NCBI GenBank assembly: GCA_028279705.1
Contig: JANQNF010000016.1
Location: forward strand, 1-64,000
Length of the DNA stretch: 64,000 bases
DNA from: an archaeon
GTDB taxonomy: Archaea > Aenigmatarchaeota > Aenigmatarchaeia > QMZP01 > JAFGSV01
Reading direction: 5' to 3'
The translations under genes and the position numbers were made by a program. Of this stretch, positions 18,480 to 26,814 are shown in pieces. The first letter of the stretch is position 1. Each line of letters starts with the position of its first letter. The notes beneath the pieces were generated by a model. It did not search any database. It had not been told where the DNA came from and saw only the letters and a program-made list of their open reading frames with translations.

Positions 18480-19018
18480 GCTCCTTCATCTAGGTGCTTT
18501 TTGATTAATGCAAATAAAGTTAGAAGAAGCCGTATTGCAGGGTCTCCATTTTTCAAGTCAAGACCCTTTATCCTGATTTCTGCCATCTCGGCTAGTGCCG
18601 AGCTATGGTCGAGTCTACGGGCGCGCGGGGTGCGTTGTCCGGGACCACGACGTAGATTGGCGATACGGTCCGCTAACTTACAGCACAGGGCTATATAGCT
18701 CTTGTGCCTCATGCTGGAGATTTGCTGCTTTAGCTGCTCATTACGAGGGAGGCGTGGGTCATCTGTCAATTCTGACACATAGCCAGCCACGTCAGTTCCA
18801 AAGTCTCTAGCGATATCGTCATACGTTAGACCGCTATCTTCAATGGAATCGTGTAGCGCACCCGTGCAGAGAGCATCTTCTTCGACGACGCCATGCTCAA
18901 CGAGCACAAACATCACTTCGAAGGTATGAATGAAGTAAACGACCGAGCCGTGCTTTTGCTTCCGGTGTACCCGGGCGCTCAGGTCCATTGCTTCCTTGAT
19001 TCTTGGAGTGATAATCAT
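18473..19018 (-). CDS. HD-domain hydrolase, (p)ppGpp hydrolase-like (SpoT/Mesh1-type)
   Basis: 181 aa; ALHDSIEDSG...FG..VAGYVSELT parallels RelA/SpoT HD domain LLHDVIEDT...FG..VA.LV.GVT. Confidence 0.6.
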   Translation of the reverse strand: MIITPRIKEAMDLSARVHRKQKHGSVVYFIHTFEVMFVLVEHGVVEEDALCTGALHDSIEDSGLTYDDIARDFGTDVAGYVSELTDDPRLPRNEQLKQQISSMRHKSYIALCCKLADRIANLRRGPGQRTPRARRLDHSSALAEMAEIRIKGLDLKNGDPAIRLLLTLFALIKKHLDEGAC

Positions 19019-19533
19019 TCGTAGATGCTGGCTTTCTTCTTGCGAGGGAAGAGAGGCTTACCGGCTTTTGTGAATGTGTTGTAGTTCACACACCACACAT
19101 ACAGCATACTTCCACGCTGCTGATATCTACGGTTGGGCATCCTGTGGACTAATTTCCACCTATGCCTTTTCATAGCAGGGAAGAGCCAAGTTAATTCTGT
19201 GCCTACAAATTGTACACCTGTAGCACAGACACGCCCAGCCATGGCTTTCACTACCTGTAGGTAGAGGTCTCCCCTTTGCTTACCTTTCACCCAATCATCG
19301 ACTAGGTTACTACAGTTAGGAAGCTTGATGTTTGCGTAACCGCAACATCCCTGTTGCTCAAACATCTTTATGGCCATCGACCCTCTTAGGCCACTTTCTG
19401 CTTTTGCGGCAATCCGTACGGTAAAAATGTCGGAGCCGCGTGTGATAGTGACTGTGAATTTATCTTCGTTGAGCCACGGAATGTCTTGTACTAGAAATTC
19501 CGTTTGCAGCTCATTGTTCATCCAGTAAGCCAT
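19015..19533 (-). CDS. hypothetical protein
   Basis: 172 aa ORF. Confidence 0.5.
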   Translation of the reverse strand: MAYWMNNELQTEFLVQDIPWLNEDKFTVTITRGSDIFTVRIAAKAESGLRGSMAIKMFEQQGCCGYANIKLPNCSNLVDDWVKGKQRGDLYLQVVKAMAGRVCATGVQFVGTELTWLFPAMKRHRWKLVHRMPNRRYQQRGSMLYVWCVNYNTFTKAGKPLFPRKKKASIYE

Positions 19534-20270
19534 TAAATATCCTGCACCGAGAAACTTCCGTCAGCTTCGAACGTGTAAAGTTTGTCGGGCTCTACGTTTT
19601 CTACGTCACCGAATCCCAGCTTACGCAGTAGCGTATCTGAATATGAATCACGAATCATGCCGAATCGTGAAATCAAGGTGGCGGTGTTGAATACCCTACT
19701 ACGAATGATGTGGTATGGTGAGCAACGTCTAGATTTAGACGCGAAGTAAATCTTGCCCGGCGTTCTCTCATCGTAGATGGCCGTGCCGATTGTCCAGTCA
19801 TCTAGAACTTTGAAAGCGTGACGTACGCCTTCGAGTACGGTGGGTTGAGAGTCAACCAACCACATCAACAGTTCGGAGTCAGTGTTGGTATCTAGTTCAA
19901 CGCCGAGTCTTTCGGCTAGTGGGAACCAGTTCTCGTGAGCGTAGCCTTCATGCATAAGCATGACGTGCTTGCCGTGGAACGGGTGGTGATGCTTGTCGTA
20001 TGCTCGGTCGTCGGGGTAGTTTGCTCCGGACCTAGCGTGAACACCAAGCAAATGCGGTACTCTGCCTTTGATGAGCGTGTCTTCTAAGAACTGACCGCAA
20101 GGTACCGGCCGCTTCTTCCACGCTACATACTCTGTATCGAATTCACCCATGAGTCCGGCAGCGCCGTGGCCTTGTGACTCGGCTGCTGTTCCGGCTTCAA
20201 TCATGAATCGACGCCAGGGTTCGGTATGTTCGTGCGGGACTCGACCCGCAGAGATAATTATCGTACACAT
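19533..20270 (-). CDS. class II (Ntn) glutamine amidotransferase-like protein
   Basis: start set at MCTIIISAG (Met-Cys N-terminus = Ntn nucleophile); about 245 aa YafJ-like. Confidence 0.6.
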   Translation of the reverse strand: MCTIIISAGRVPHEHTEPWRRFMIEAGTAAESQGHGAAGLMGEFDTEYVAWKKRPVPCGQFLEDTLIKGRVPHLLGVHARSGANYPDDRAYDKHHHPFHGKHVMLMHEGYAHENWFPLAERLGVELDTNTDSELLMWLVDSQPTVLEGVRHAFKVLDDWTIGTAIYDERTPGKIYFASKSRRCSPYHIIRSRVFNTATLISRFGMIRDSYSDTLLRKLGFGDVENVEPDKLYTFEADGSFSVQDI

Positions 20271-20381
20271 AGTTGTTCTCAATTTAGATGGAGGGGAGTG
20301 CAGGGCTTGCACCTGCAACCAGAATGCGATTGCGCCCTCGTAGACTGGTCAATCCCAGCTTAGGGATAATCTCCCCATCAT

Positions 20382-20459
20382 TGGTACCCCATAGGGGAAT
20401 CGAACCCCTCTCTTCAGATTGAAAGTCTGATATCCTAAACCGATAGACGAATGGGGCTT
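20382..20459 (-). tRNA. tRNA-Glu (TTC)
   Basis: minus-strand cloverleaf; anticodon arm UCAGA-CUUUCAA-UCUGA; T-arm AGGGGUUCGAUUCCCCU; encoded CCA. Confidence 0.8.
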
Positions 20460-20461
20460 AT

Positions 20462-20537
20462 TGGTAGGCGATGACGGATTTGAACCGCCGACTTCTTCCT
20501 TGTAAGGGAAGCACTCTAGCCGCTGAGTTAATCGCCC
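20462..20537 (-). tRNA. tRNA-Val (TAC)
   Basis: GGGCGAUUAACUCAGCGGCUAGAGU...CUUCC-CUUACAA-GGAAG...GGCGGUUCAAAUCC...CCUACCA. Confidence 0.8.
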
Positions 20538-20847
20538 GTGGGGGTGCCGTATTTTTCAATGTTACGGCGTTCTTCTTCTGTGTATTGCCCGTAGAAGTGT
20601 CGCCAGTCCTTTTCGGTAAATCTTTCTACCGGAACACGAACTTTCTTCTTGATTCGAATTTTCTTTTTTTCCATCTCGTCCCCACAGTTCTTGGAGGAAC
20701 TTTCTGGTCTCTCGCCTTATCGGCTTACGCTTCACACTTGTCATGCGTGTGGTAGCTCCTGCTGCTGGTTGGGCCAGCCGAAGTCTGCTGTGTCATCGTG
20801 GAGTTCCTTTTCCTGTAGGAACTCCTCGTAACGCTCGTCTTTGTCGC

Positions 20848-21102
20848 TCATTTCTTCTCTTGGTTCTGTTCGATTTTCAGGATGCGACCGTGACTATCAA
20901 AGCACATGCGCCACCCCTTTTTGACGATTACTTTCAATCGTCCAGTGCGGATACTGCCATCATCCATTGCAACAGTGTAATGCCACAATGAAGAGCGCAG
21001 TAGTCTTTTGTCTTTGTCTACTTCGGTCACCGTACCCCAATACTCTTTGGGCTCGGAGCAAGCAACTAAAGTTAGAGCAAGTAGAATTACTAGTTTTTTC
21101 AT
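20848..21102 (-). CDS. putative lipoprotein
   Basis: 84 aa; signal peptide with lipobox LVAC. Confidence 0.5.
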   Translation of the reverse strand: MKKLVILLALTLVACSEPKEYWGTVTEVDKDKRLLRSSLWHYTVAMDDGSIRTGRLKVIVKKGWRMCFDSHGRILKIEQNQEKK

Positions 21103-21222
21103 GATAATCGAGGGAATCTGCGGCCACCAACCTGCCCAGAATCCAGCCGCGACACATCCAAGGGGATAAAACGCAGCTTGCCACCTGCCGCTCTCGCGGC
21201 GGAGAAAGGAGGAGTCCTACTT

Positions 21223-21714
21223 CTAGTGAAGTTTGAACGGCGAGACGATGATTTGCGGCTCGACGTAGACCGGGCGAGCATCGCCGGACTTCGGGTCCAC
21301 CATCATCAGCCACGTAGCCGAGAGACCCTGCGGCATGAACAGACCGTTCGGGTCCGCCTGCGGCATCTTGAGATAGCCTCGGTTGGTCTTCCACGTCGCG
21401 CGCTCGGGGTTCGTGTACTGAACGCTGTACGGCAGACCGAAGCCGATGCACTGGCCGATGAAGACCAGTTCGCCGGTCATGTGGTTGACGATGTAGGCGT
21501 AGGTCGTCAGGTTCTCTTGGTCACGAAGCTCGAAGATGGTCTTGGCAAGACGTCTCTCCTGATAGTTCGTGATACCCGGCATACCAATCTGTCGATTGGC
21601 CTCCATCATGGACTTGGCCGTGGCCTCCGCCTGCTGGGCGTCTGCATCGGAAACACCGCTGCCGCAACCTACGATGGCGACGGCCAGCACGATAAGGGTG
21701 ATGAAGCGTTTCAT
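21223..21714 (-). CDS. putative lipoprotein
   Basis: 163 aa; lipobox IVGC; high-GC segment, opposite-strand and alternate-frame ORFs judged spurious. Confidence 0.55.
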   Translation of the reverse strand: MKRFITLIVLAVAIVGCGSGVSDADAQQAEATAKSMMEANRQIGMPGITNYQERRLAKTIFELRDQENLTTYAYIVNHMTGELVFIGQCIGFGLPYSVQYTNPERATWKTNRGYLKMPQADPNGLFMPQGLSATWLMMVDPKSGDARPVYVEPQIIVSPFKLH

Positions 21715-22046
21715 CGGTTTCTACACTCCTGAAGAAAGGCCCGAAGCTCGGGCGAAGAAAGACGGTTGATGGGATACTCTGCGAACATGGTTCGCACAGT
21801 GGAACGAATCGCGGCTTTCTCGGTCTCGTCTGTCGAGCGCATGTACTCAAGACGGAACCGAGTCAACTGTTGAACCATGCCCTTGTCGTACGAATCCGTG
21901 TTGCGGAAAACGTCACGCTCGACGTTGGCACGTTCCTTGTCGAAGAAGCCCTTGATGTGGATTCCGGCAAACTCGATGCCGAAAGACAGGGCGAGCACGA
22001 CGGCGATAATGACAATCGCCAAGAAGAATGTGAAAACTTTTCTCAT
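21711..22046 (-). CDS. membrane protein
   Basis: 111 aa; N-terminal TM helix. Confidence 0.5.
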   Translation of the reverse strand: MRKVFTFFLAIVIIAVVLALSFGIEFAGIHIKGFFDKERANVERDVFRNTDSYDKGMVQQLTRFRLEYMRSTDETEKAAIRSTVRTMFAEYPINRLSSPELRAFLQECRNR

Positions 22047-22069
22047 GGTTTCCTCTAGGGTTAGAAAGT

Positions 22070-22145
22070 TGGTACCCCCGGTAGGGTTCGAACCTACGAC
22101 CTTGGGATTAAAAGTCCCCTACTCTACCAACTGAGTTACGGAGGC
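22070..22145 (-). tRNA. tRNA-Lys (TTT)
   Basis: GCCUCCGUAACUCAGUUGGUAGAGU-AGGGGA-CUUUUAA-UCCCA...GGUUCGAACCC...GGUACCA. Confidence 0.8.
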
Positions 22146-22301
22146 GTTATGATGTCTGGCGTTGTTTCTTTATGAAGACCTGTCTAATTCTAAATGCTCT
22201 TTGTACAATCAGTTCTCGTTGCCTGATGTTGTAGGATGATTTGGGCTCAATAGAAAGATATTCTTTCTCTAAAGCTTTAATCCAAGCCAGAATTATAGGT
22301 A

Positions 22302-22508
22302 TCATACTTTGATATATTCTTCGAACGTACCAAGTCGTTGTTCCGACTCAAGCCACCAGAAAGACTTCATCTGACGAGCACCACCACTTGCTTCTTGAGT
22401 GTGGAAGACAATCTCGTCGTCGTTTTCCATACACCCTAAGCAGACTAGGTTGTGCTGTTGTTCTGTCTTTCGGACAGCCCTTTGTAGGGCGGGGTTGTTT
22501 TCAAACAT
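22302..22508 (-). CDS. hypothetical protein
   Basis: 68 aa ORF. Confidence 0.35.
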   Translation of the reverse strand: MFENNPALQRAVRKTEQQHNLVCLGCMENDDEIVFHTQEASGGARQMKSFWWLESEQRLGTFEEYIKV

Positions 22509-22518
22509 GATTATAAAC

Positions 22519-23034
22519 TAAAGATAGACGATAAGCCGGGTTCTGTCGTGGACAGTCATTAATCTAGGACGCACGTTGCCGTACGCCTCAAGCGGCCTCG
22601 CCTTGCACCTACTAGAAGTTTACCTAGCTGCCTGTGTCACCACAAGCACTGGTGGTCTCTTACACCACCCTTTCACCCTTACCTGAGCCAGTTCACTAAA
22701 CGTCGCCATCTTCTCGACCACTTGAATCGAATGGCTCGTCCAACAATCTGTTCTCCACGTCCTGTAAAAAGGCTCATAGGCGGTCTACTCTCTGTTGCAC
22801 TTGTCCTATCCTCACGGACGGTGGCCGTTAACCACTAGCTTTTCTGTCGTCTCAATTGCAACATCACAATCCAGAAACATACGGCGAGTATGTGGTGATT
22901 TCCCACATGGCCTTCTCCGAAGAAAAGAATTGCAAAGCCAACTAGCCAAAAGATTGTGTCTCGCATAAAAGACGACTCCGGTGCCCGGACTTTCCTCTTG
23001 GGTGTGTCTCCCAAGCGACTGTCTATCTATCTTT
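22519..23034 (-). ncRNA. rnpB: RNase P RNA (bacterial type A, rnpB-like)
   Basis: minus-strand RNA contains GAGGAAAGUCCGGGCACC, GUGCAACAGAGAGUAGACCGCCUAUGAGC, CAGGUAAGGGUGAAAGGGUGGUGUAAGAGACCACC and GACUGUCCACGACAGAACCCGGCUUAUCG, near-identical to E. coli M1 RNA conserved regions; 5' AGAUAGAUAGAC pairs with 3' GUCUAUCU (P1); about 500-nt ORF-free stretch. Confidence 0.8.
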
Positions 23035-23041
23035 AGAAGTT

Positions 23042-23428
23042 TTACCTATAATCGGTGCCGAACTGTTGCAGGTGGTATGCAGCGCCACGACCGAACAAGC
23101 AATCCATGACGTACGCTTCACCACCGATGTTATCGACGTACTCGCTGGCTCTCAGCAGCCTGTGCCTATAGCGATTGCGCCATGCAAAAATCGCAGACAT
23201 AGACTTGAGCTTTCTCTTGATGGTGAATGCCAGAGGCAGTCGCATCGGACGAGACTCCATCCCGTTCAGAGCAAGCGCAATCTTGAATTGCTGAATCTTC
23301 CATTGACCAGCCGGACTGTCCGCACCATCCGGAAATACCTCTTCCGGTCGGTATTCCAGCTTCCCTGTAACCAGACCATAAATGGTGATGACTAGAATGG
23401 GTCCGAAGATAATCCAAAGGATTGTCAT
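23042..23428 (-). CDS. membrane protein
   Basis: 128 aa; N-terminal TM. Confidence 0.45.
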   Translation of the reverse strand: MTILWIIFGPILVITIYGLVTGKLEYRPEEVFPDGADSPAGQWKIQQFKIALALNGMESRPMRLPLAFTIKRKLKSMSAIFAWRNRYRHRLLRASEYVDNIGGEAYVMDCLFGRGAAYHLQQFGTDYR

Positions 23429-23781
23429 TTCTTGTGCCTCATTTCCTCATTCTCACGCGCTAGAGCTGAGTAGTCTTTGTCGTACTCTTCCATCAACATC
23501 CTCTGGACCAAAAGCTCGTGTTCAGCTTTAGCCTGCCCGCGTAGGGCGACTTTCATCATTACTCGCTGTTGGACTTCACATCTCTTCCAGAGAGCAATGA
23601 CACGCAACACGTCAGGCCACACATCTCTGATGCCTTCAATGTTGCCATCTTCCACCAACTGACCGAATGCTTTCAACAGCGGTAGTCTGGAAAGACGCTT
23701 TGTATCTAAGATTAGGCGATGCTCGTGCTGCGCCATTTCTTCAGCGGATTGCTCACGAAGAGCTTTGCCTCTGTCTCTCAT
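23425..23781 (-). CDS. hypothetical protein
   Basis: 118 aa. Confidence 0.5.
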   Translation of the reverse strand: MRDRGKALREQSAEEMAQHEHRLILDTKRLSRLPLLKAFGQLVEDGNIEGIRDVWPDVLRVIALWKRCEVQQRVMMKVALRGQAKAEHELLVQRMLMEEYDKDYSALARENEEMRHKK

Positions 23782-24248
23782 TTTATTTTTACAAGACTAT
23801 ATCTAACTGGTGCGTCTGCTTTCTTTGCTCGACGCATCAGTCCTTGTTGCATTTCAACTAGTTTTTCCAAGTTCGTGTCTACGATAATTTCCGTAGTTTT
23901 CTCTGAACCCCTATATGTTGTGTGCATACAGAGTCGCCACACGCCTTGTTGTTGTTTGATGAGAACTGCTCGGACGCGGCTGTAGGGTACGATGAAAGAA
24001 CACTGACTATCACCGCCGCCGTGTTTGGTGGCTGTGATATCAACTGTGTCTTGCAGCATCCTGTGTACACGCCCGATGCTTGCTTGCTTGTCCGGCTCGG
24101 ATGAGACAAAACAAACGTATAGGTCTGTCTCTAAACCTGTGTTGTAGGAAACTTTGAATAGTTCGTCGCCAACTTTGACGTAGAACTGCTCACAGTTTAT
24201 TAGACTCTGATAGAGTGTTTCCCTACTTGTTTGCTGTCTTGCGCTCAC
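23778..24248 (-). CDS. hypothetical protein
   Basis: 156 aa. Confidence 0.5.
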   Translation of the reverse strand: MSARQQTSRETLYQSLINCEQFYVKVGDELFKVSYNTGLETDLYVCFVSSEPDKQASIGRVHRMLQDTVDITATKHGGGDSQCSFIVPYSRVRAVLIKQQQGVWRLCMHTTYRGSEKTTEIIVDTNLEKLVEMQQGLMRRAKKADAPVRYSLVKIK

Positions 24249-24450
24249 GCTTCTTCTTCGGCTTCTTGGCGGGCGCGTCGATTAGACGCTGCAAGCGGGC
24301 ACGCTCTTTCTTTGCGCCGATGCCTTTACCCAACCGCTCGTCGAGCAGAGCCAACTGTTGCTGGGGTGTGCGCTGGGCTCTGTCCTCGTCCCGCTGCTTC
24401 GCACCTTTGCGTCGGTATTCCCGAGCCAGTCGTCCGTTGTTACGCGGCAT
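24223..24450 (-). CDS. small highly basic protein
   Basis: 75 aa K/R-rich; TCTAA-TTTTAGG palindrome plus GGAG upstream. Confidence 0.45.
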   Translation of the reverse strand: MPRNNGRLAREYRRKGAKQRDEDRAQRTPQQQLALLDERLGKGIGAKKERARLQRLIDAPAKKPKKKRERKTANK

Positions 24451-24469
24451 TGTGGTGTCTCTCCTAAAA

Positions 24470-24787
24470 TTAGGTCAACCAGTAAAAACCAATGTTGTAT
24501 GCGTGCCACACGACTACGCCGACGTGTGCTACTAGCAACACCCAGAAGCAGACTTTCCCTGTCTGGTTCCTGTTGCGTGTGTAGAGAATAAATGGAAGAA
24601 ACACGGCTGGAATGAGTAGTCGTACTAGATACGCCGCATCCATCCCATGCTCATCCATTACCCACCGCATGAGCGGGTTTAACTCTAGACTAGTGTCTCC
24701 GCCTACTTTCTGTATTTCGTAGTCGGTAGCGAAGATATCAATAAATGCTAGAATCAGGAATACGAAGTACCAAGATGTACTACTCAC
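24470..24787 (-). CDS. membrane protein
   Basis: 105 aa, three hydrophobic helices. Confidence 0.45.
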   Translation of the reverse strand: MSSTSWYFVFLILAFIDIFATDYEIQKVGGDTSLELNPLMRWVMDEHGMDAAYLVRLLIPAVFLPFILYTRNRNQTGKVCFWVLLVAHVGVVVWHAYNIGFYWLT

Positions 24788-25136
24788 TCATGAGTTCCTG
24801 TAGTCTCTTCGCAGCTAGCTCCATCTGGCGAGCGGCTGCGGGATTCGCTGTGTGGATGTAGATATTGGGCATCGGTATCGCTTTGCGAATAACCAACTGT
24901 TCGACGTACTTGAACACGTCGTAGCCCTGCTCCGTAGACATAAGGCCCAAGTCGTTGTCAAACGAGATGGAGATAATCTCGTCACCGTCGAGCATCCACT
25001 GAAAGATTAACTCTTTTGCTTCTTGCGAAGTCTTAGCTTGAGTCCACTCCCCGCAAGTGAGATGGGAGAACCCTTGGACTCGCTTGAAGACGTCGAGGTC
25101 TCTTTCGTCGTCGATGAAGAGATTTCTTTTAGCCAC
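24780..25136 (-). CDS. hypothetical protein
   Basis: 118 aa; overlaps 3' end of SWIM ORF in another frame. Confidence 0.5.
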   Translation of the reverse strand: MAKRNLFIDDERDLDVFKRVQGFSHLTCGEWTQAKTSQEAKELIFQWMLDGDEIISISFDNDLGLMSTEQGYDVFKYVEQLVIRKAIPMPNIYIHTANPAAARQMELAAKRLQELMSE

Positions 25137-25693
25137 TGTCTAATCCTGTGCTCGTCAACAATTCGTTGTAGTTCAAACCGATGCTTGTGGGCAAACTCGA
25201 TTTGTTCTAGCGTCATGTCTCTGAGTCTTAGCTTGCCGCCCTTTCTTCTAACTTTAGGCGGGTTGATTTTCTCGTAAGTCTCTTTACCCCGTCTGGTCTT
25301 AATCCATTCAGCAATGTGCTTGCAATGTTGGCCGGACTTTCTTTTCCTGAAGACAAAGTCTGGGCACGAACAAGTGAGTCTTTTACCCAGAACTTTGATT
25401 TCGTATTGTTTGCCTGTAGACCTACTGGTCACTCGGATTTTCTTTACTATAGCACCAGCTTTAACAAGCGCCCGCTTAAGCTCGGCCTCTTCTCTCTTCT
25501 GACGGCCGATGGCTGCTCGTCTCTTTAGCTGGAAACGGGGGAAGGCAATCTCTGCTACTTCTAGCAGATGGTCACTGTCGGTTGGCCAGAGATGCGTGGG
25601 GAGTATGACTGTCTTGTCTTTCTCAACCCATGTCATCTTCAACCCAATGTCTTTCCCTTCTAGAAAAAACTTAAGGCTGAATGTGTCGCTCAT
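25007..25693 (-). CDS. SWIM zinc-finger protein
   Basis: 228 aa; CSCPDF...CKHI matches SWIM CxCxnCxH; low-complexity C-terminal tail overlaps next gene. Confidence 0.5.
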   Translation of the reverse strand: MSDTFSLKFFLEGKDIGLKMTWVEKDKTVILPTHLWPTDSDHLLEVAEIAFPRFQLKRRAAIGRQKREEAELKRALVKAGAIVKKIRVTSRSTGKQYEIKVLGKRLTCSCPDFVFRKRKSGQHCKHIAEWIKTRRGKETYEKINPPKVRRKGGKLRLRDMTLEQIEFAHKHRFELQRIVDEHRIRQWLKEISSSTTKETSTSSSESKGSPISLAGSGLKLRLRKKQKS

Positions 25694-26067
25694 TACTTAA
25701 ACCAACTGGCAATTTCACCGAGTCCGCCAACAAGTAGAGCGAATAAGAATCCGAGAACCACGATGGCAACAATCCACGTGAAAGCTCGTTCGGCCGCATC
25801 TCCAAGCCATGCCTTAAAGGCTGTCCAATGCAACGACCAAGGAAGACCGCGTTTCTTTTCCATGCGGTCCATCGATTGAGCCACTTCGCAAGAGTGGCAT
25901 TTATCTATACTTAGGTCATATAGATTTCCACAGTCCTTACACTTCCATACTTTGCGGACAGGGCGGTTTGTCCTGTCTTTGCGCATATGGATGTTCATAT
26001 CAGTTTCATTGATGATGCGTTGCGCATCAGCCTGACTGATACCTGAAGGATAGTGGTAGTTTTCCAT
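25693..26067 (-). CDS. zinc-ribbon membrane protein
   Basis: 124 aa; CKDCG...CHSC then C-terminal TM helix. Confidence 0.5.
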   Translation of the reverse strand: MENYHYPSGISQADAQRIINETDMNIHMRKDRTNRPVRKVWKCKDCGNLYDLSIDKCHSCEVAQSMDRMEKKRGLPWSLHWTAFKAWLGDAAERAFTWIVAIVVLGFLFALLVGGLGEIASWFK

Positions 26068-26207
26068 TTATTCCCCAGAGCCCCACGGGGGTCCGTACAA
26101 GTGCGGATTAGACCCCCGAGGGATGTACTGTAGACGGCGTGCCGCACGCACTTAAACCGTGGGGGTGATTACCCAAACGTATATATTACACGTCTCTCAA
26201 TAGATAG

Positions 26208-26246
26208 AAAAAAAGGGCGGACTCTATAACCTGTAGAGCCCGCCCG
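26208..26246 (-). terminator. rho-independent terminator
   Basis: minus-strand hairpin GGGCGGGCUCUACAGGUUAUAGAGUCCGCCC followed by UUUUUUU. Confidence 0.6.
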
Positions 26247-26457
26247 AAGCATTGTCAATAATGTCTAATTTTCATTAGAGATGTTTGAGAATGGTGTTAC
26301 GACTTTACCCATCTCACAACGGTTGAGTGGTTGCTTAGTCTGAACACAGGCGTCTTTCCACTAGACGACTCGCGCGTAATGGCCGCCCACCCTAATTAGC
26401 TTTCGCGTAGCGGGCGGCAAGTCTCCATTTCTCTAACTATAGAGTAAATAGAATTGT

Positions 26458-26540
26458 TATGGTGCGCGAGACCGGATTCGAACCGGCGTTTCCTGTGGCT
26501 AATTTCACTACCACAGTCGAGAGAGACGGCGCAACAATGC
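26458..26540 (-). other. tRNA-like element (3' half canonical, 5' half aberrant)
   Basis: minus-strand ...CCGGUUCGAAUCCGG-UCUCGCGC-ACCA; no matching 5' acceptor strand. Confidence 0.3.
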
Positions 26541-26689
26541 TGATGCTGCAAGGATAGTCTGAAGCTTAATGCTGTTGGTTTCTCATGAACGGGTTAATAT
26601 ACGTCCATGGGGTGTGCCAGTTTCCCTACTCCCTGTTAAATGCCCAACGCCTGTCGGGGTCGACCAAGTTTTCTGCGCGCTGGTCGTCT

Positions 26690-26800
26690 TCAACATTCCC
26701 CCAGTTGGGCAATGGTCAGGGAGGCAGGATTCGAACCTGCAAGAAACACTGTTGCGATTTAGACTTAGGTTAAGACTAACATTGCCTTGCGATTTGTTTT
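26690..26800 (-). other. tRNA-like element (3' half canonical, 5' half aberrant)
   Basis: minus-strand ...GCAGGUUCGAAUCCUGC-CUCCCUG-ACCA; T-arm near-identical to element at 8598..8693. Confidence 0.3.
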
Positions 26801-26814
26801 CGCTCCGCCTAACG

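Noticed and set aside
22600-23030. Possible small ORFs or a regulatory region in the 500-nt ORF-free stretch
   Set aside because: Explained by the RNase P RNA gene.
24223-24450. Ribosomal protein S21 homologue
   Set aside because: Basic and of similar size, but lacks the conserved S21 motifs; retained only as a basic hypothetical protein.
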